Shown in pieces: positions 49,645 to 60,029 of a stretch of 64,000 nucleotides of DNA. This DNA comes from Arenicellales bacterium (GTDB lineage Bacteria; Pseudomonadota; Gammaproteobacteria; Arenicellales; JAANXG01): contig OZ244194.1 of assembly GCA_965216665.1 (NCBI GenBank), positions 3,611,129 through 3,675,128 on the forward strand. The letters run 5' to 3'. Both the position numbers and the translations under genes were made by a program. Under the pieces are notes generated by a model. It had not been told where the DNA came from, did not search any database, and worked only from the letters and a program-made list of their open reading frames with translations. Positions within the stretch are counted from its first letter, which is position 1. Every line of letters begins with the position of its first letter.

Positions 49645-49733
49645 GGCTATACCCTCTTACCGCGACGCAGGCGCGGCATGGTTTTTTCTGCTTTCATTGT
49701 TCCCCCCGCATTGATGCAGATTCTTGCAAATTA

Positions 49734-51650
49734 TCAGTGGCTATTCGTGAACGTTACGCCGAGGTGCTTCTCGATGGCGGCATACACGTCGGCAACCCGG
49801 AACGGTTTGCGGACAACGTCGTCGCAACCGGCCTCGAAGATCCCGTTTTGGTATTCCCCGGCGATATTGGCGGTCAACGCGATGATTGCGACGTCGTTGC
49901 CTGTTGTGCTGCCGCGGATTTCGCGCGTCGCGGCGTAACCGTCCAGTACCGGCATTTTCATATCCATCCAGATCAGGTGGGGGCGCCAGTCGTGGAAAGC
50001 GGCGACGCCTTCACGGCCGTTGTTCGCGGTACGCACGGGAAACCCGGCCGTTTCGAGGACTTCCTTCAACAACACGCGGTTCTGGGGATTGTCGTCCACA
50101 ATCAGCATCCGATAGTGGGGTTGATCCGGCGCCAGCATGCGATGACGCGCCGGGCTGCCGGAATCGGTTTCGATGTGCCGCGCCATCTCCCGCAGTGGTA
50201 CCTCGAAGCGAAACGTCGTACCGACACCGGGGCGACTCTCAACGCTGATCTTTCCCCCCAGCAGCGCCACGTATTGGCGTACGATCGCCAGGCCCAGTCC
50301 ACTCCCCTGGCCCGAGACGCGTCCGGACGCAGTTTGCGAGAACGCTTCGAAGACGGTTGGCAGCTCGTCCTCGCCGATTCCGACACCGGTGTCTTTCACC
50401 AGGAACACGATCCGGTGTAAGCCGGTCGCATTCGCCGGCCCCTCGTCCAGCGCCGCCACCGCCACGTGGCCCGTCTTGGTGAACTTCATCGCGTTGTCGA
50501 CCAGGTTGTTTAGGACTTGGCGAATCTTGCGCAGATCGCCCTGGAACCGCTTGTCCGCATCGATCCGATTGTCGAGCCTCAGTTCAATCCCCCGCCGTTT
50601 GGCCCGCTCGGCGAATGTGCCGGCGAGCGATTCGAAAAGTTCGCCCACGGCGGTCTCGGCGAATTCCAAGGAGACACGGCCGGCCTCGATCTTGGATAAC
50701 TCCAGTACGTCGTCGATGAGTTCCAGCAGATGGTCGCTGCTGCGGCCGATCAAACGGAGTTTTTCTTTGTGACCCTCGGTGAGCGCGGGATCCATCTCCA
50801 ACAGTTCCGAGAAACCCATAATCGATGTCAGGGGCGTGCGCAGCTCGTGGCTCATGTTGGCGAGGAATGCCGATTTCGCCTCGTTCGCGCTTTCCGCGTG
50901 GCGACGCGCCACCTCCAGCTCCCGGGTGCGCTCGGAGACGGTTTTCTCCAGATTCGTCTTGGCGTTCACGAGCTCGCTGCTTTGCTCCTCGATGAGCCGG
51001 ATCATTTCGTTGAATTGGCGTACCAGGTCTCCGACCTCCTGCGGTGCGTCGGTCGCCGCTGCACGCAGGGAGTAATCATGAGCGAGTGAGATCTGTTTGC
51101 TGGTATCCGCCAACGCGATGATGGGGTCGGCGATACGTTGGTTGAGTTTAGTCGCGAGAAAATAGGCGGCGATCAACGATCCAAGAAGGATCATCAGCAG
51201 TGTTGGTGAAATGCGAGCGATCTCCGCCCACAAGTTCAACCGCTCGGAACGGATAACGATGTGCCCGATTGGACTGTCGTCGAGCAAAATCAAACTGCTG
51301 ACCGCTAGATCTGAGACCGGGATGGGGCTGTCCGCCTTCGCGGCACCGCGCAGCGTGCCGGCGCGACTTCCGCAACCGGGATCGCCGTCCTTGCCGCGTA
51401 CGAATTCGGCGAATAGCGCACCGGAGATCTTGTAGATGCAGGCTGTAGTGATGTCCGGCTTCGAGCGCAGCGCGTACAGATTCTTGTTGGCGAGTTCAGG
51501 ATCGTCGAATGCGATTGCGCCCGTCGAGCGGTCCGCCACCACCAGGGCCAGCGACTCAAGCGAGTCGATGGTGCGCTCGCGGTAAGCCAGCACCTCATTG
51601 GCGATGAGTGCAACACCGGCGAGCAGCAATGCGACCCACACGGTGGTCAT
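49734..51650 (-). CDS. hybrid sensor histidine kinase/response regulator
   Basis: TM + periplasmic sensor region + HAMP. HisKA H-box FLANMSHELRTPLTSI. HATPase (GVGIGEDELPTVFEAF…GSGLGLAIV). C-terminal REC domain. Confidence 0.85.
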   Translation of the reverse strand: MTTVWVALLLAGVALIANEVLAYRERTIDSLESLALVVADRSTGAIAFDDPELANKNLYALRSKPDITTACIYKISGALFAEFVRGKDGDPGCGSRAGTLRGAAKADSPIPVSDLAVSSLILLDDSPIGHIVIRSERLNLWAEIARISPTLLMILLGSLIAAYFLATKLNQRIADPIIALADTSKQISLAHDYSLRAAATDAPQEVGDLVRQFNEMIRLIEEQSSELVNAKTNLEKTVSERTRELEVARRHAESANEAKSAFLANMSHELRTPLTSIMGFSELLEMDPALTEGHKEKLRLIGRSSDHLLELIDDVLELSKIEAGRVSLEFAETAVGELFESLAGTFAERAKRRGIELRLDNRIDADKRFQGDLRKIRQVLNNLVDNAMKFTKTGHVAVAALDEGPANATGLHRIVFLVKDTGVGIGEDELPTVFEAFSQTASGRVSGQGSGLGLAIVRQYVALLGGKISVESRPGVGTTFRFEVPLREMARHIETDSGSPARHRMLAPDQPHYRMLIVDDNPQNRVLLKEVLETAGFPVRTANNGREGVAAFHDWRPHLIWMDMKMPVLDGYAATREIRGSTTGNDVAIIALTANIAGEYQNGIFEAGCDDVVRKPFRVADVYAAIEKHLGVTFTNSH

Positions 51651-51720
51651 CGTCACCTTGATGAGCTCATTGCGGATCGAGCCACGTCGGCGCACGGCCG
51701 CAGCGGCGGATGGAATTGAG

Positions 51721-52257
51721 CTACCGTTCGTCGACAACGTCACCCGCCTCCAACATGTTGGCACTGATTTTCAAACCGGCCCTCTCTGCCATGCGCAAAT
51801 TGACCTCAAACGTAATGCGCGGTCCCTCCGACACCAACCCGATCATGCCGCCCTCGCGCGCAAAGCGTGCCCCAGTACTGACCGTCAGCACCGGCCTGCC
51901 TTGCATCTGTGCCAAGAGTTTTTCGGTTCGATCGTCCGTGACACGGTCCAGAAACAGCACGTGGCAGATGTCCGGATCCCCGCCTTCAGTCAAGTAACGA
52001 ATTTCCACACCGCGTGATTTCGCGGTGAGCTGGTTCAAGCCGTCGAACGCGGTAGGCGGTGATCCGACGCCGGCGAGGCAGATTGTGTATGGCGTGGTGC
52101 CGTCAGCAAACGTCGCGGCGGGCCAAGTGACGAATTTCAGGAAGTTATACAGATAGGCCGATTGAATTTCCGCGCGTGTGAACGAGCCTGCGGCCGGCGA
52201 CTCCGGCACGTGCGCCAGCGGCCCTGCTAGGACCAAAACAAACAAAGCACCGTGCAT
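51721..52257 (-). CDS. YfiR-like (DUF4154) periplasmic protein
   Basis: Signal peptide. YLYNFLKFVTWP motif characteristic of DUF4154. Sits immediately upstream of the sensor kinase. Confidence 0.6.
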   Translation of the reverse strand: MHGALFVLVLAGPLAHVPESPAAGSFTRAEIQSAYLYNFLKFVTWPAATFADGTTPYTICLAGVGSPPTAFDGLNQLTAKSRGVEIRYLTEGGDPDICHVLFLDRVTDDRTEKLLAQMQGRPVLTVSTGARFAREGGMIGLVSEGPRITFEVNLRMAERAGLKISANMLEAGDVVDER

Positions 52258-52869
52258 GAGGCAGCGTCCGACCAAGCGCACACCACGCTGCAGCGTGCTG
52301 CGCGCCGAACCCCGGCGCGACGCAGGTTCGTCACTGTCGATCGCGTTGGTTCTTAAGTGTGCGCGCCGTCGTCGTCTCGAAATCGGTATGTGGATCGATA
52401 CCGGCGTATCTTGCAATTCTGGCCCTCGTTTCCTAGTCCGTCCCTGTCTGGCTGCCTGGCACGCCGCAGGCATAAAGTTCATCGATGAGACTGCGAGTAT
52501 AAGAGACTTCCTTGGCTATGCCGCCAGCGCTGTATTGGTTTTTGTCATGTTTTATTAGTTTTTGTTAGGTCGCCTCGAACTGCTTTGGGGGTTTTTGCTA
52601 TTTTGAACTAGCCGGACGACGAATTGTAGAAATTATTTGACACTCAGTCAGACCATCGCCCCGGCAAGGAGCGTTTGAAGTCCGAGGGTATTTGGGGTGT
52701 CGGGACAACGCGACGTTTACCGGATGTGCGTCGTCCTTGGAGTGCAGAAGGACGGGGTGGGGCTCCGCAGTTGGAGCAGCACAACAGGGACGTTTTTGAC
52801 ACCGGGGATGTCGTCTAAGGGGGATATCGAAATTCAAGGGTCGTGATAGCGCGACCCTGGGGGGAAACA

Positions 52870-54873
52870 ATGAAAAGCAGCGCGTTCTTTTTCAGCTTTA
52901 CACTCACGATTTCCGCATCGTCACACGCCGCCACCATCGCGGTATTGGACAGTGGCGTATTACCGTTTCCGGAAGCCGTTCCATTCATCGAGGCCGGCGG
53001 TATTGATGTAGATACGGGGGGGATGCCGATAGATGATGATCCGGACCTTCATGGTACGCAAGTGTCTTTCGTAGCTGTAGCCGTTTCGGATTTCACGGCA
53101 AGAATACTTCCGGTGAAGGTACGAAAAATCATAAACCAACCTAAGGCCATCGATTTCGCGTCAACAGACCCTCGCGTCAAAATACTTAATCTTAGTTGGA
53201 TTGACGCGGTGTTTCACGTTCCTACGGTGGATGCTCTGGTGAGAGCGGTGAACCGTGGGAAGTTGGTTGTGATGGCCGCGGGAAATTCCAGCCGGCCAGA
53301 CCCGGACTTTCCAGCCGGTGTCGTCCACTTGCTCAAGGGCCGCGGGTTGGCAGTTGGAGCAATAGGTGGGGATGGGAATCTGCGACCTTACAGCGCACGA
53401 GCTGGGAGGTTAAAAGATCATTATGTTGTTGCTCCCGACGGATTTACGGGGTTGGGTGGTCAGCTATTGACCGGTACATCGTTTGCCGCCCCTGTCGTGT
53501 CTGGTTTGGCAGCACTCTTGCTAGAGCAGTCACCATTCTTAAGTGCGCGCGATCTCGCATCGATTATAAAGCGCACCACCATTGACCTCGGTGCGCCGGG
53601 TGTGGATGCGATTTACGGGCACGGGCTGGTTACGCTGGCGGCGCTGAGTGCACCGGTCGGTGCGACCCGCCTCGCCAGCGGCGATTCGGTCGATGGCGGT
53701 GCCGTCACTCTGTCTGCGCAGACGCTGCGTGGCAGCCCCGCATTTGCATATGCGCTGCTCGATCGCAGTAATCTGCTCGGCGAGACCATGATTCTGGACG
53801 AGTACAAGCGCGCCTTCGTCATGGATCTCGCCACGACTATTGACGTTGCCGAAAACCGCACCGCACTCAACGATCTGATCAACAGCCGATTTTTCGAATC
53901 GGTGGATCTCGCGTTGGGTCACTCGAAGCTGACCCTGCGCTACGCGCCTACCGCCACACCTACCGAGTTGTTTGCGTATCCGGACGAAGACTATGGAACT
54001 TCTTTCGAGGATCTCAGTCTGTCGTTGTTCGGCGTTATCGACGCGATCAGTTTTCGCCTCGACACCAACGCGCGGTCGGGCGCGGGATTCGGAAGCGCCG
54101 GTTTGCATGAAACCGCGCTTCTCTTCTCCGACCGAGTGTTCGACGCACCGTACTTGAGCTTCGCGAAGAACTCGACGAGCATGAGTGTGGGTTACGGTCT
54201 GAACGACAAGTTCACGCTACGGTTCGGTACCGATCTGACCGATGAGTCGGACGCTCACGGTCTTAAGAGTCTGTCCGACATCCTGCGTGCGGAATACCAG
54301 GCGACCGACCGCCTGAATTTGGGTGTGCAGGCTGGCCGTACTGTCGAGCAGGGCTCGCTGTACGGCGGGACCACCGGCGGGGTGTTTGCCGTCGACACCG
54401 CGGAGACCAATTTCGTCGGGCTGTCCGCGCGTTACCGGTTGAGTTCGAACTTCGAACTGGCGTTCCGGTACTCCGAAGGGTCTACGGCGGTCGATGAATC
54501 GGCCAACAGCCTCCTCAGGAACCTTGATGATCTGCGCAGCCGTACCTACGGGATGGCGCTATTGGGCCGTGATCTGTTCACTAAGCGTGATCGTTTTGGC
54601 GTCGCCGTTTACAGTCCGTTGCGCGTAAAGACGGGTTCGGCGTCACTGAGCGTACCGCGAGCGCGCGATATTCCGGGCAACGTTTTGCGGGGCGAAGAAC
54701 GCGTGAATCTCACGCCAGCCGCCACCGAAACGGACGTCGAACTCTTCTACCGCGTTCCACTGGGCAGGCGATTCACGTTGGATACGCAGTTTTTGTATCA
54801 GCACAATCCGTATCACACGCACACCGTGGATGACCGAGTGGCAGTATTTTCGACTTTCCGTACCCGTTTCTGA
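52870..54873 (+). CDS. subtilase-family autotransporter (type Va): S8 peptidase passenger + beta-barrel translocator
   Basis: Signal peptide. S8 motifs IAVLDSGV (D), HGTQV (H), GTSFAAPVVSG (S). C-terminal ~270 aa beta-rich domain ending FRTRF (aromatic C-terminus). Confidence 0.8.
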   Translation: MKSSAFFFSFTLTISASSHAATIAVLDSGVLPFPEAVPFIEAGGIDVDTGGMPIDDDPDLHGTQVSFVAVAVSDFTARILPVKVRKIINQPKAIDFASTDPRVKILNLSWIDAVFHVPTVDALVRAVNRGKLVVMAAGNSSRPDPDFPAGVVHLLKGRGLAVGAIGGDGNLRPYSARAGRLKDHYVVAPDGFTGLGGQLLTGTSFAAPVVSGLAALLLEQSPFLSARDLASIIKRTTIDLGAPGVDAIYGHGLVTLAALSAPVGATRLASGDSVDGGAVTLSAQTLRGSPAFAYALLDRSNLLGETMILDEYKRAFVMDLATTIDVAENRTALNDLINSRFFESVDLALGHSKLTLRYAPTATPTELFAYPDEDYGTSFEDLSLSLFGVIDAISFRLDTNARSGAGFGSAGLHETALLFSDRVFDAPYLSFAKNSTSMSVGYGLNDKFTLRFGTDLTDESDAHGLKSLSDILRAEYQATDRLNLGVQAGRTVEQGSLYGGTTGGVFAVDTAETNFVGLSARYRLSSNFELAFRYSEGSTAVDESANSLLRNLDDLRSRTYGMALLGRDLFTKRDRFGVAVYSPLRVKTGSASLSVPRARDIPGNVLRGEERVNLTPAATETDVELFYRVPLGRRFTLDTQFLYQHNPYHTHTVDDRVAVFSTFRTRF

Positions 54874-54943
54874 GGGGGTTTCAGGAAGCTCGAAATTATT
54901 CATACATGGTAAGACGCATACCAACAAAAAGGGGAGTAACACT

Positions 54944-55396
54944 ATGAACTACAAGTCTTGCATCGCCGTGCTAGCGGTATCCTTGACCTCATGTGCCACG
55001 AGCCCGGAGAAGATCAGCGCCACCTATGTCTCACCCCTGACCTACAAGGATCATGATTGCGATCAAATCGCCATGGAAATGGAGCATGTCTCCCGCCGTA
55101 CCGGTGAACTATACCGGAACCTAAAAAAGGAGGCCGACGCCGACTCGTGGCAAATGGGTGTGGGATTGGTCTTGTTCTGGCCGACGCTGTTTTTCCTGGA
55201 AGGCGGTGACGGGCCCGAAGCGACCGAGTATGCGCACCTCAAGGGACAGTACGATGCGCTGCACAGCAACGCCGTGCAGAGGAAATGCTTGATGGCCGCC
55301 CTGCCGCCCTCCCCCGACGAGGTCGTCAAGGCGGAACAGGCCAAGGCCAAGCAGGCTGAAGCCGAAACGGAAAACATCGCTGAGCCGCTTCACTAA
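54944..55396 (+). CDS. hypothetical lipoprotein
   Basis: ATG after GGGGAG. Lipobox LTSCAT. No known domain. Confidence 0.5.
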   Translation: MNYKSCIAVLAVSLTSCATSPEKISATYVSPLTYKDHDCDQIAMEMEHVSRRTGELYRNLKKEADADSWQMGVGLVLFWPTLFFLEGGDGPEATEYAHLKGQYDALHSNAVQRKCLMAALPPSPDEVVKAEQAKAKQAEAETENIAEPLH

Positions 55397-55791
55397 ACCA
55401 GGGTCTGCTGTAGGCTTACTATTGACGCCGATCCATCGATGGGGATCAGATTATGAATATGGCCAAATTATCGGTCGGAATTGGTCTGGCGGGCTCGTTC
55501 GCCAACGGTGTTCTTGCCGCGTGCCCTTTCGACCATGAGCGTGTCGGCAACCGGTACCGCGCAGGCATCGAATCCCTATGGGCGTTTCGGAAGCCCGTAT
55601 TTTCCTGACAGCATCAATAATCCGTTTGGGGCGGGCAATCCTTACTCCGCTGATCCGATCTATATCGTTCCATCACGGTGAGGGGCAGGAGTGGGGATGC
55701 ACGACCCGACGCCCATAGGACTGATCGCAGCAACCGCGTGCAACCCGCGCGATCGATCGAAGCGCGAACGCGTCCGGTGCGCCGACCCCGG

Positions 55792-56730
55792 TCAAACGGC
55801 GGACCGCCGTACGGCGAATGCCGCGGCGCCGGCGGCCACCGCGAACCACAGCGTCGTCAGCCGTGAGAGGACAATGGCAGTGACCGTGTCGGGCGCCGCC
55901 ATTCCGAGCAAGGTCAACAGCGCACCCATCACCGCTTCGGTCGGGCCCAGACCGCCGGGCAACAACGAAAACGAACCGATGGTGACGCTGAGCGCGTAAA
56001 TACCCACGCCAACCCACAGCGATACATCGGCGCCGAGCGCGGTCACGATGACGTAGAATCCCACGCCCGGCAGGGTGAAGCCCGCGAGCCCCGTGAGCAC
56101 GGCGATCTGGGGGCGTGGCGGGACGAGTAACGCGGCGATGGCGGTGCGGAAGCCGCCGAGTCGATCCACGCGCCTGCGAAGTGGTGAGCGAGTGGCCGCA
56201 CGTACGAGAACATCGAACACCCGGTTCACACGTATCAACAACAGCGGAAGTAAGAGAGCGACTGAGCCGATGATCATTGCAGCCGCCGGTTCGACGTACG
56301 GAAAGGCCAGCACCGACAGGCAGGCCATCGTCAGCACATCGTAGATGCGTTCCAGGAACAGCACGGCGAGGCTGTCGGTGTACGGTATGCCGTCTTTCTT
56401 GAGAAACCAAGAGCGAACGGCTTCTCCGGCGCGCGCGGGTGTGGCGAGAAACGCGAGGCCGTACAGATACACCGCGGCCATCCGCCGAGTCGGGGGTGCG
56501 GGTTGTAACGCAGCGAGCAACCAGCGCCAGCGCAGGAAGCGGAACGCATGGTTGATACCTGTCAGTGCGATGAGCAGGACGTAGAGCTCGCCGTCTAGGC
56601 GGCCGAGCGCGGCGAGAACGTCCGGCAACCCCGCCCAAAAAACGGCGATGGTATAGGCCGCCACGGACGCGATAACGATGCCGGCGGCGAGACGAACGCG
56701 GGTGGCGGAATCGGGCGTTGCGGTGGACAT
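55792..56730 (-). CDS. flippase-like / lysylphosphatidylglycerol-synthase-TM-region (UPF0104) family membrane protein
   Basis: ~8 TM helices. Pattern typical of the LPG_synthase_TM family (…GINHAFRFLRWRWLL…LPGGLGPTEA…). Confidence 0.55.
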   Translation of the reverse strand: MSTATPDSATRVRLAAGIVIASVAAYTIAVFWAGLPDVLAALGRLDGELYVLLIALTGINHAFRFLRWRWLLAALQPAPPTRRMAAVYLYGLAFLATPARAGEAVRSWFLKKDGIPYTDSLAVLFLERIYDVLTMACLSVLAFPYVEPAAAMIIGSVALLLPLLLIRVNRVFDVLVRAATRSPLRRRVDRLGGFRTAIAALLVPPRPQIAVLTGLAGFTLPGVGFYVIVTALGADVSLWVGVGIYALSVTIGSFSLLPGGLGPTEAVMGALLTLLGMAAPDTVTAIVLSRLTTLWFAVAAGAAAFAVRRSAV

Positions 56731-56767
56731 GGTGACGAGGGGGTGTCGAGAGGACGGGCGTAGCACC

Positions 56768-58198
56768 CTACGCCAGAAGGTTGCGCACGAAGATGGCGAT
56801 GCGAAACAGACTCTTGGTCATCCAGTCGTAGGCCGGTGATTCGTACCAGCGCCGGTAGACATCAAGCTGGGTATCCAGCATCTGGCGCGTATACAAACGC
56901 CCGCCGCGCACCACAGCTTCGATATCGTGTAACGCCGACAAGTTCACGGTCGGATCGCGAGTATAGACCACGAAGTCGGCCGGCGCGCCGGCGACCAGCG
57001 TCCCGAGTGCCGGCACTTCCAAGAAAGCGCTGGATCCGCGTGTGGCGATTTCGAGGACCTGCGCACGAGATAAACCGGCGTCCTCCAACAGCGCGAGCTC
57101 TTCCAGCAAACCGGCGCCGGGAATTACGAACTCGGTGGGTGTATCGGTACCGCTGTGAAGGCGCACCCCCGCGGCGGCCAAATCTCGAATCAGTCGCTCC
57201 GCAGCGGGATACAGACGGCGGAACGCGTCGACCTGTTCGGGCGTCAGCACCGTCTGGGCGGTCAGCCCGTCCTCGGCGTGCCAATACACGTCGCGGTAAC
57301 ACGCAGGCAGCAGGCGTGCCGTCGCCGACGTGCGCAGGCTGCCGGCGTCGGCGAGCTGAAACTTGCGCTTCAAGGTAATCAATGTCGGTGTCACCGCGGC
57401 GCCGCGCTCGCGTAGTGAATTGACGAACCGCTTGAGGTCGGCGTCGCGCATGGTCGCGAGCCTCAACATACGAAATGGGCGCATGGGCGGACGGTCGGCA
57501 TGGACGACGTCGAAACCCAGCAGGTGTTGGAGGTCATCGAGCGGCGCTTCGTCGAGCGGGATGCGCCACGGAACGTGGCCGATCAAGGGTAGACCGGCAG
57601 TTCGTGCGGCAGCCGCCAGCGCGTCCAGGGTCTCCGCGTCGACGTCGTCGTAGACCTTGGCGCAATCGTAGCCGTGACGGACCAGATCGGTGACCACCGC
57701 GCGCGCTTCCTCGGCGCTGGTGGCGGAGAGGGTGACTGGCCACCATTGCTTCTTGCCGTCGATCTTCGGGCCGCAGGAAAAAACCCGGGGCGCTGGAAAT
57801 TCGGCAACCGTCCCCGAGCGCTCGCGCAACCCCCATGATTCGCCGGTATTCCGCACTGCTGTCACACCATGGTACAGATACAGGAACGCGAACAGTGCAT
57901 CGTGTCCGGGCAGCGGCAAAACCGGATCATGCACGTGCATGTCGGTCAGTCCGGGCAGCACATATCGCACCCCCACCCCCGGGGTAGGCGCCGCCGCGGT
58001 CCGGATTTCTTGGATGCGATCGCCGCGCACCATGACGCGTTCCGCATGGCGCCTGCCTGCGCCGGGATCGATCAGCACGACGTTTTGCAGCACCAGCCCC
58101 GGTTCCGGTATCGGCATCGCCGGTGGCGCGCGCAGTACGGAATACGACACGCCGCTGGCAATCAACCCGGCAGCGGCGACGACTGCCAACGTTTTCAT
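56768..58198 (-). CDS. amidohydrolase-family metal-dependent hydrolase
   Basis: Signal peptide. Metal-binding HxH region (LPGLTDMHVHD). Length and pattern fit Amidohydro_1/3. Confidence 0.65.
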   Translation of the reverse strand: MKTLAVVAAAGLIASGVSYSVLRAPPAMPIPEPGLVLQNVVLIDPGAGRRHAERVMVRGDRIQEIRTAAAPTPGVGVRYVLPGLTDMHVHDPVLPLPGHDALFAFLYLYHGVTAVRNTGESWGLRERSGTVAEFPAPRVFSCGPKIDGKKQWWPVTLSATSAEEARAVVTDLVRHGYDCAKVYDDVDAETLDALAAAARTAGLPLIGHVPWRIPLDEAPLDDLQHLLGFDVVHADRPPMRPFRMLRLATMRDADLKRFVNSLRERGAAVTPTLITLKRKFQLADAGSLRTSATARLLPACYRDVYWHAEDGLTAQTVLTPEQVDAFRRLYPAAERLIRDLAAAGVRLHSGTDTPTEFVIPGAGLLEELALLEDAGLSRAQVLEIATRGSSAFLEVPALGTLVAGAPADFVVYTRDPTVNLSALHDIEAVVRGGRLYTRQMLDTQLDVYRRWYESPAYDWMTKSLFRIAIFVRNLLA

Positions 58199-58205
58199 AC
58201 GTGTT

Positions 58206-59651
58206 TCAAGCGGACGCCAGCAGGGTGCGGGTCAGTGCGGCGAGGTCGGAGATGTGTGCGGTGTCGCGAAAGACACCGGGTGCTGCCTTGGCGCCGAGTG
58301 CGGTGGCAAACCCGCGTGAACAGTGCAGGCCCTGCCGGCCGGTGAGGTAGCGGGCTGTCAACGGTCCGTGGGTGTCGGAGGTGATTTCCCGCGCCGGCGG
58401 TTGGTCTTGCCAGACGACAATGACGTCCGGGAGCAGGTGTGTCTTCTCGCCGGGGAAGACGTCGCGGGTATAGAGAATGTCCTTCACCAGCGGTGCGCCC
58501 GTCGCCGCGTGCCGGAACGAGCGCAGGACTTCCTCTGCGACGGCGCAGTAGGCCTCAATCTCGCCGGTGCCGGGAGCGAGTACGCCCCGCGTCTCCCGGC
58601 CTTGGACGTTGAGACGGATAAAACTCTCGCCGCCACAGGGTAACGCGAACCCGGGCGTCGTGTTCCAATCCAGCCCAGCGCTGAACTGTCGGCCGACGAC
58701 CCAGTCGCGGACGCGACTCGGTGTGTGTCGACCGACGCGCCCCTGCCAGGCGGAGGGCACCCGCTCGCGCAAAAGCTTCATGACATTGCGCTGATTGTGT
58801 CGCGGCACCGGTGCGCCGGTGGTGCGCGAGAGATACGTGCGGTTGATGGTATCCATGAGTACGGGCATGAAGTGCAATTGTGAGCAACTGGGCTGCATGC
58901 CTTCCAGGGAAAACACGATGACCGTGGTGTTGGACAAATCCGCGGCACCGAAGATGGCGGCGAGCTCCCGATCGATGTCGACGAAGATCTCGAGTAGCGC
59001 GCCTTCTGTAAGACGTTCCCCGTCCTCGGCCATGAGGTAGTGACCGGCTCGGTGGCTTTCGACAAAACTGGTGATGAACAAGCGCCATTCGTGGTGCCGC
59101 ATCAACCAGCGAATGATTTCCCCGGTCTGGCGTACGCCTGACGTTATCCGCGCCTTCATCCTGCGACGCTCGGCTGTGCTCCAGTCGGCGGGAATATCTT
59201 CACCCATAGGGTGGCGACCGAAGCGCCGAATGATCTGGTCGAGCAGCTCCGGTCGGTTGGTACGCAGATCGGTGAACGACTGCGCGGTCCAGTTGTGCAC
59301 TTCGAAGCCGAGCGGCAGGCGGCTCTCGAATGCTATTTGTACGTCGAACGCGATGACCGGTTTACCGGCGCGTGCAATCTCGTACCAGAACGGTTCGTGG
59401 AACCGATAGTCCTCGCCCACCGGCGCCAACTTCATGGCATCGGCGTCCCACTGCAGCGGAAAGTACTGCCCGTGGTCTCCGGGGCGGCGTCCGGTCAAGA
59501 ATGAGGGCCACACCGATGCACCGAGCTCACCACCGTCCGATTCGAGGCGCTTGAATTCTCCGTCGGTGAACAAGCGCCGCAGGGTGGGCAGGAAATCGAG
59601 ATGCCGCTCGATGAAGTCGATGTCCGCTGAATCGACATCGATCATGAGCAT
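58206..59651 (-). CDS. alkaline-phosphatase-superfamily (type I phosphodiesterase/nucleotide pyrophosphatase-like) protein
   Basis: Weak AlkP-core-like motifs. No TM. Start ambiguous (59651, 59645 or 59717). Confidence 0.45.
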   Translation of the reverse strand: MLMIDVDSADIDFIERHLDFLPTLRRLFTDGEFKRLESDGGELGASVWPSFLTGRRPGDHGQYFPLQWDADAMKLAPVGEDYRFHEPFWYEIARAGKPVIAFDVQIAFESRLPLGFEVHNWTAQSFTDLRTNRPELLDQIIRRFGRHPMGEDIPADWSTAERRRMKARITSGVRQTGEIIRWLMRHHEWRLFITSFVESHRAGHYLMAEDGERLTEGALLEIFVDIDRELAAIFGAADLSNTTVIVFSLEGMQPSCSQLHFMPVLMDTINRTYLSRTTGAPVPRHNQRNVMKLLRERVPSAWQGRVGRHTPSRVRDWVVGRQFSAGLDWNTTPGFALPCGGESFIRLNVQGRETRGVLAPGTGEIEAYCAVAEEVLRSFRHAATGAPLVKDILYTRDVFPGEKTHLLPDVIVVWQDQPPAREITSDTHGPLTARYLTGRQGLHCSRGFATALGAKAAPGVFRDTAHISDLAALTRTLLASA

Positions 59652-60029
59652 ACGGTGTGTATCGGTGTGCACGTTACCCCCTGGAGGCGCCGCCCCGGTG
59701 CGAACGGTGCGCGCCACGACGCGTCGGCGGGCATTCTACCCCCCGCCAGCACGCAGTGTACATCATCGCATCGGGGACAGATTTATTTTTCCCCCACCGA
59801 CCGACCCGATTTCTTCTGTAGCATCGCTGAGATGGGGACCGACTTATTTTTCCGGCCCCCTCGGCAGCCTGACCAATATGTGTCAGCGTTTTGTGGGATC
59901 TCGCTGCTGGACTTGAAGGCGGGTCGCGGTAACCACGATCACAAATAGGTTTGTTCCCGATTTGAGGAACGTCTTGGCGGGAGAAAAATAAAGTTGTTCC
60001 CAATTGGAAATGTGCGCGGATCGGGGTAT

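Noticed and set aside
55673-56638. 321-aa minus-strand ORF (frame-shifted relative to the flippase-like gene)
   Set aside because: The translation is Arg/Pro-rich with no TM character. The other frame gives a coherent polytopic membrane protein.
58555-59088. 177-aa ORF overlapping the AlkP-like gene
   Set aside because: Out-of-frame overlap. Low-complexity basic translation.
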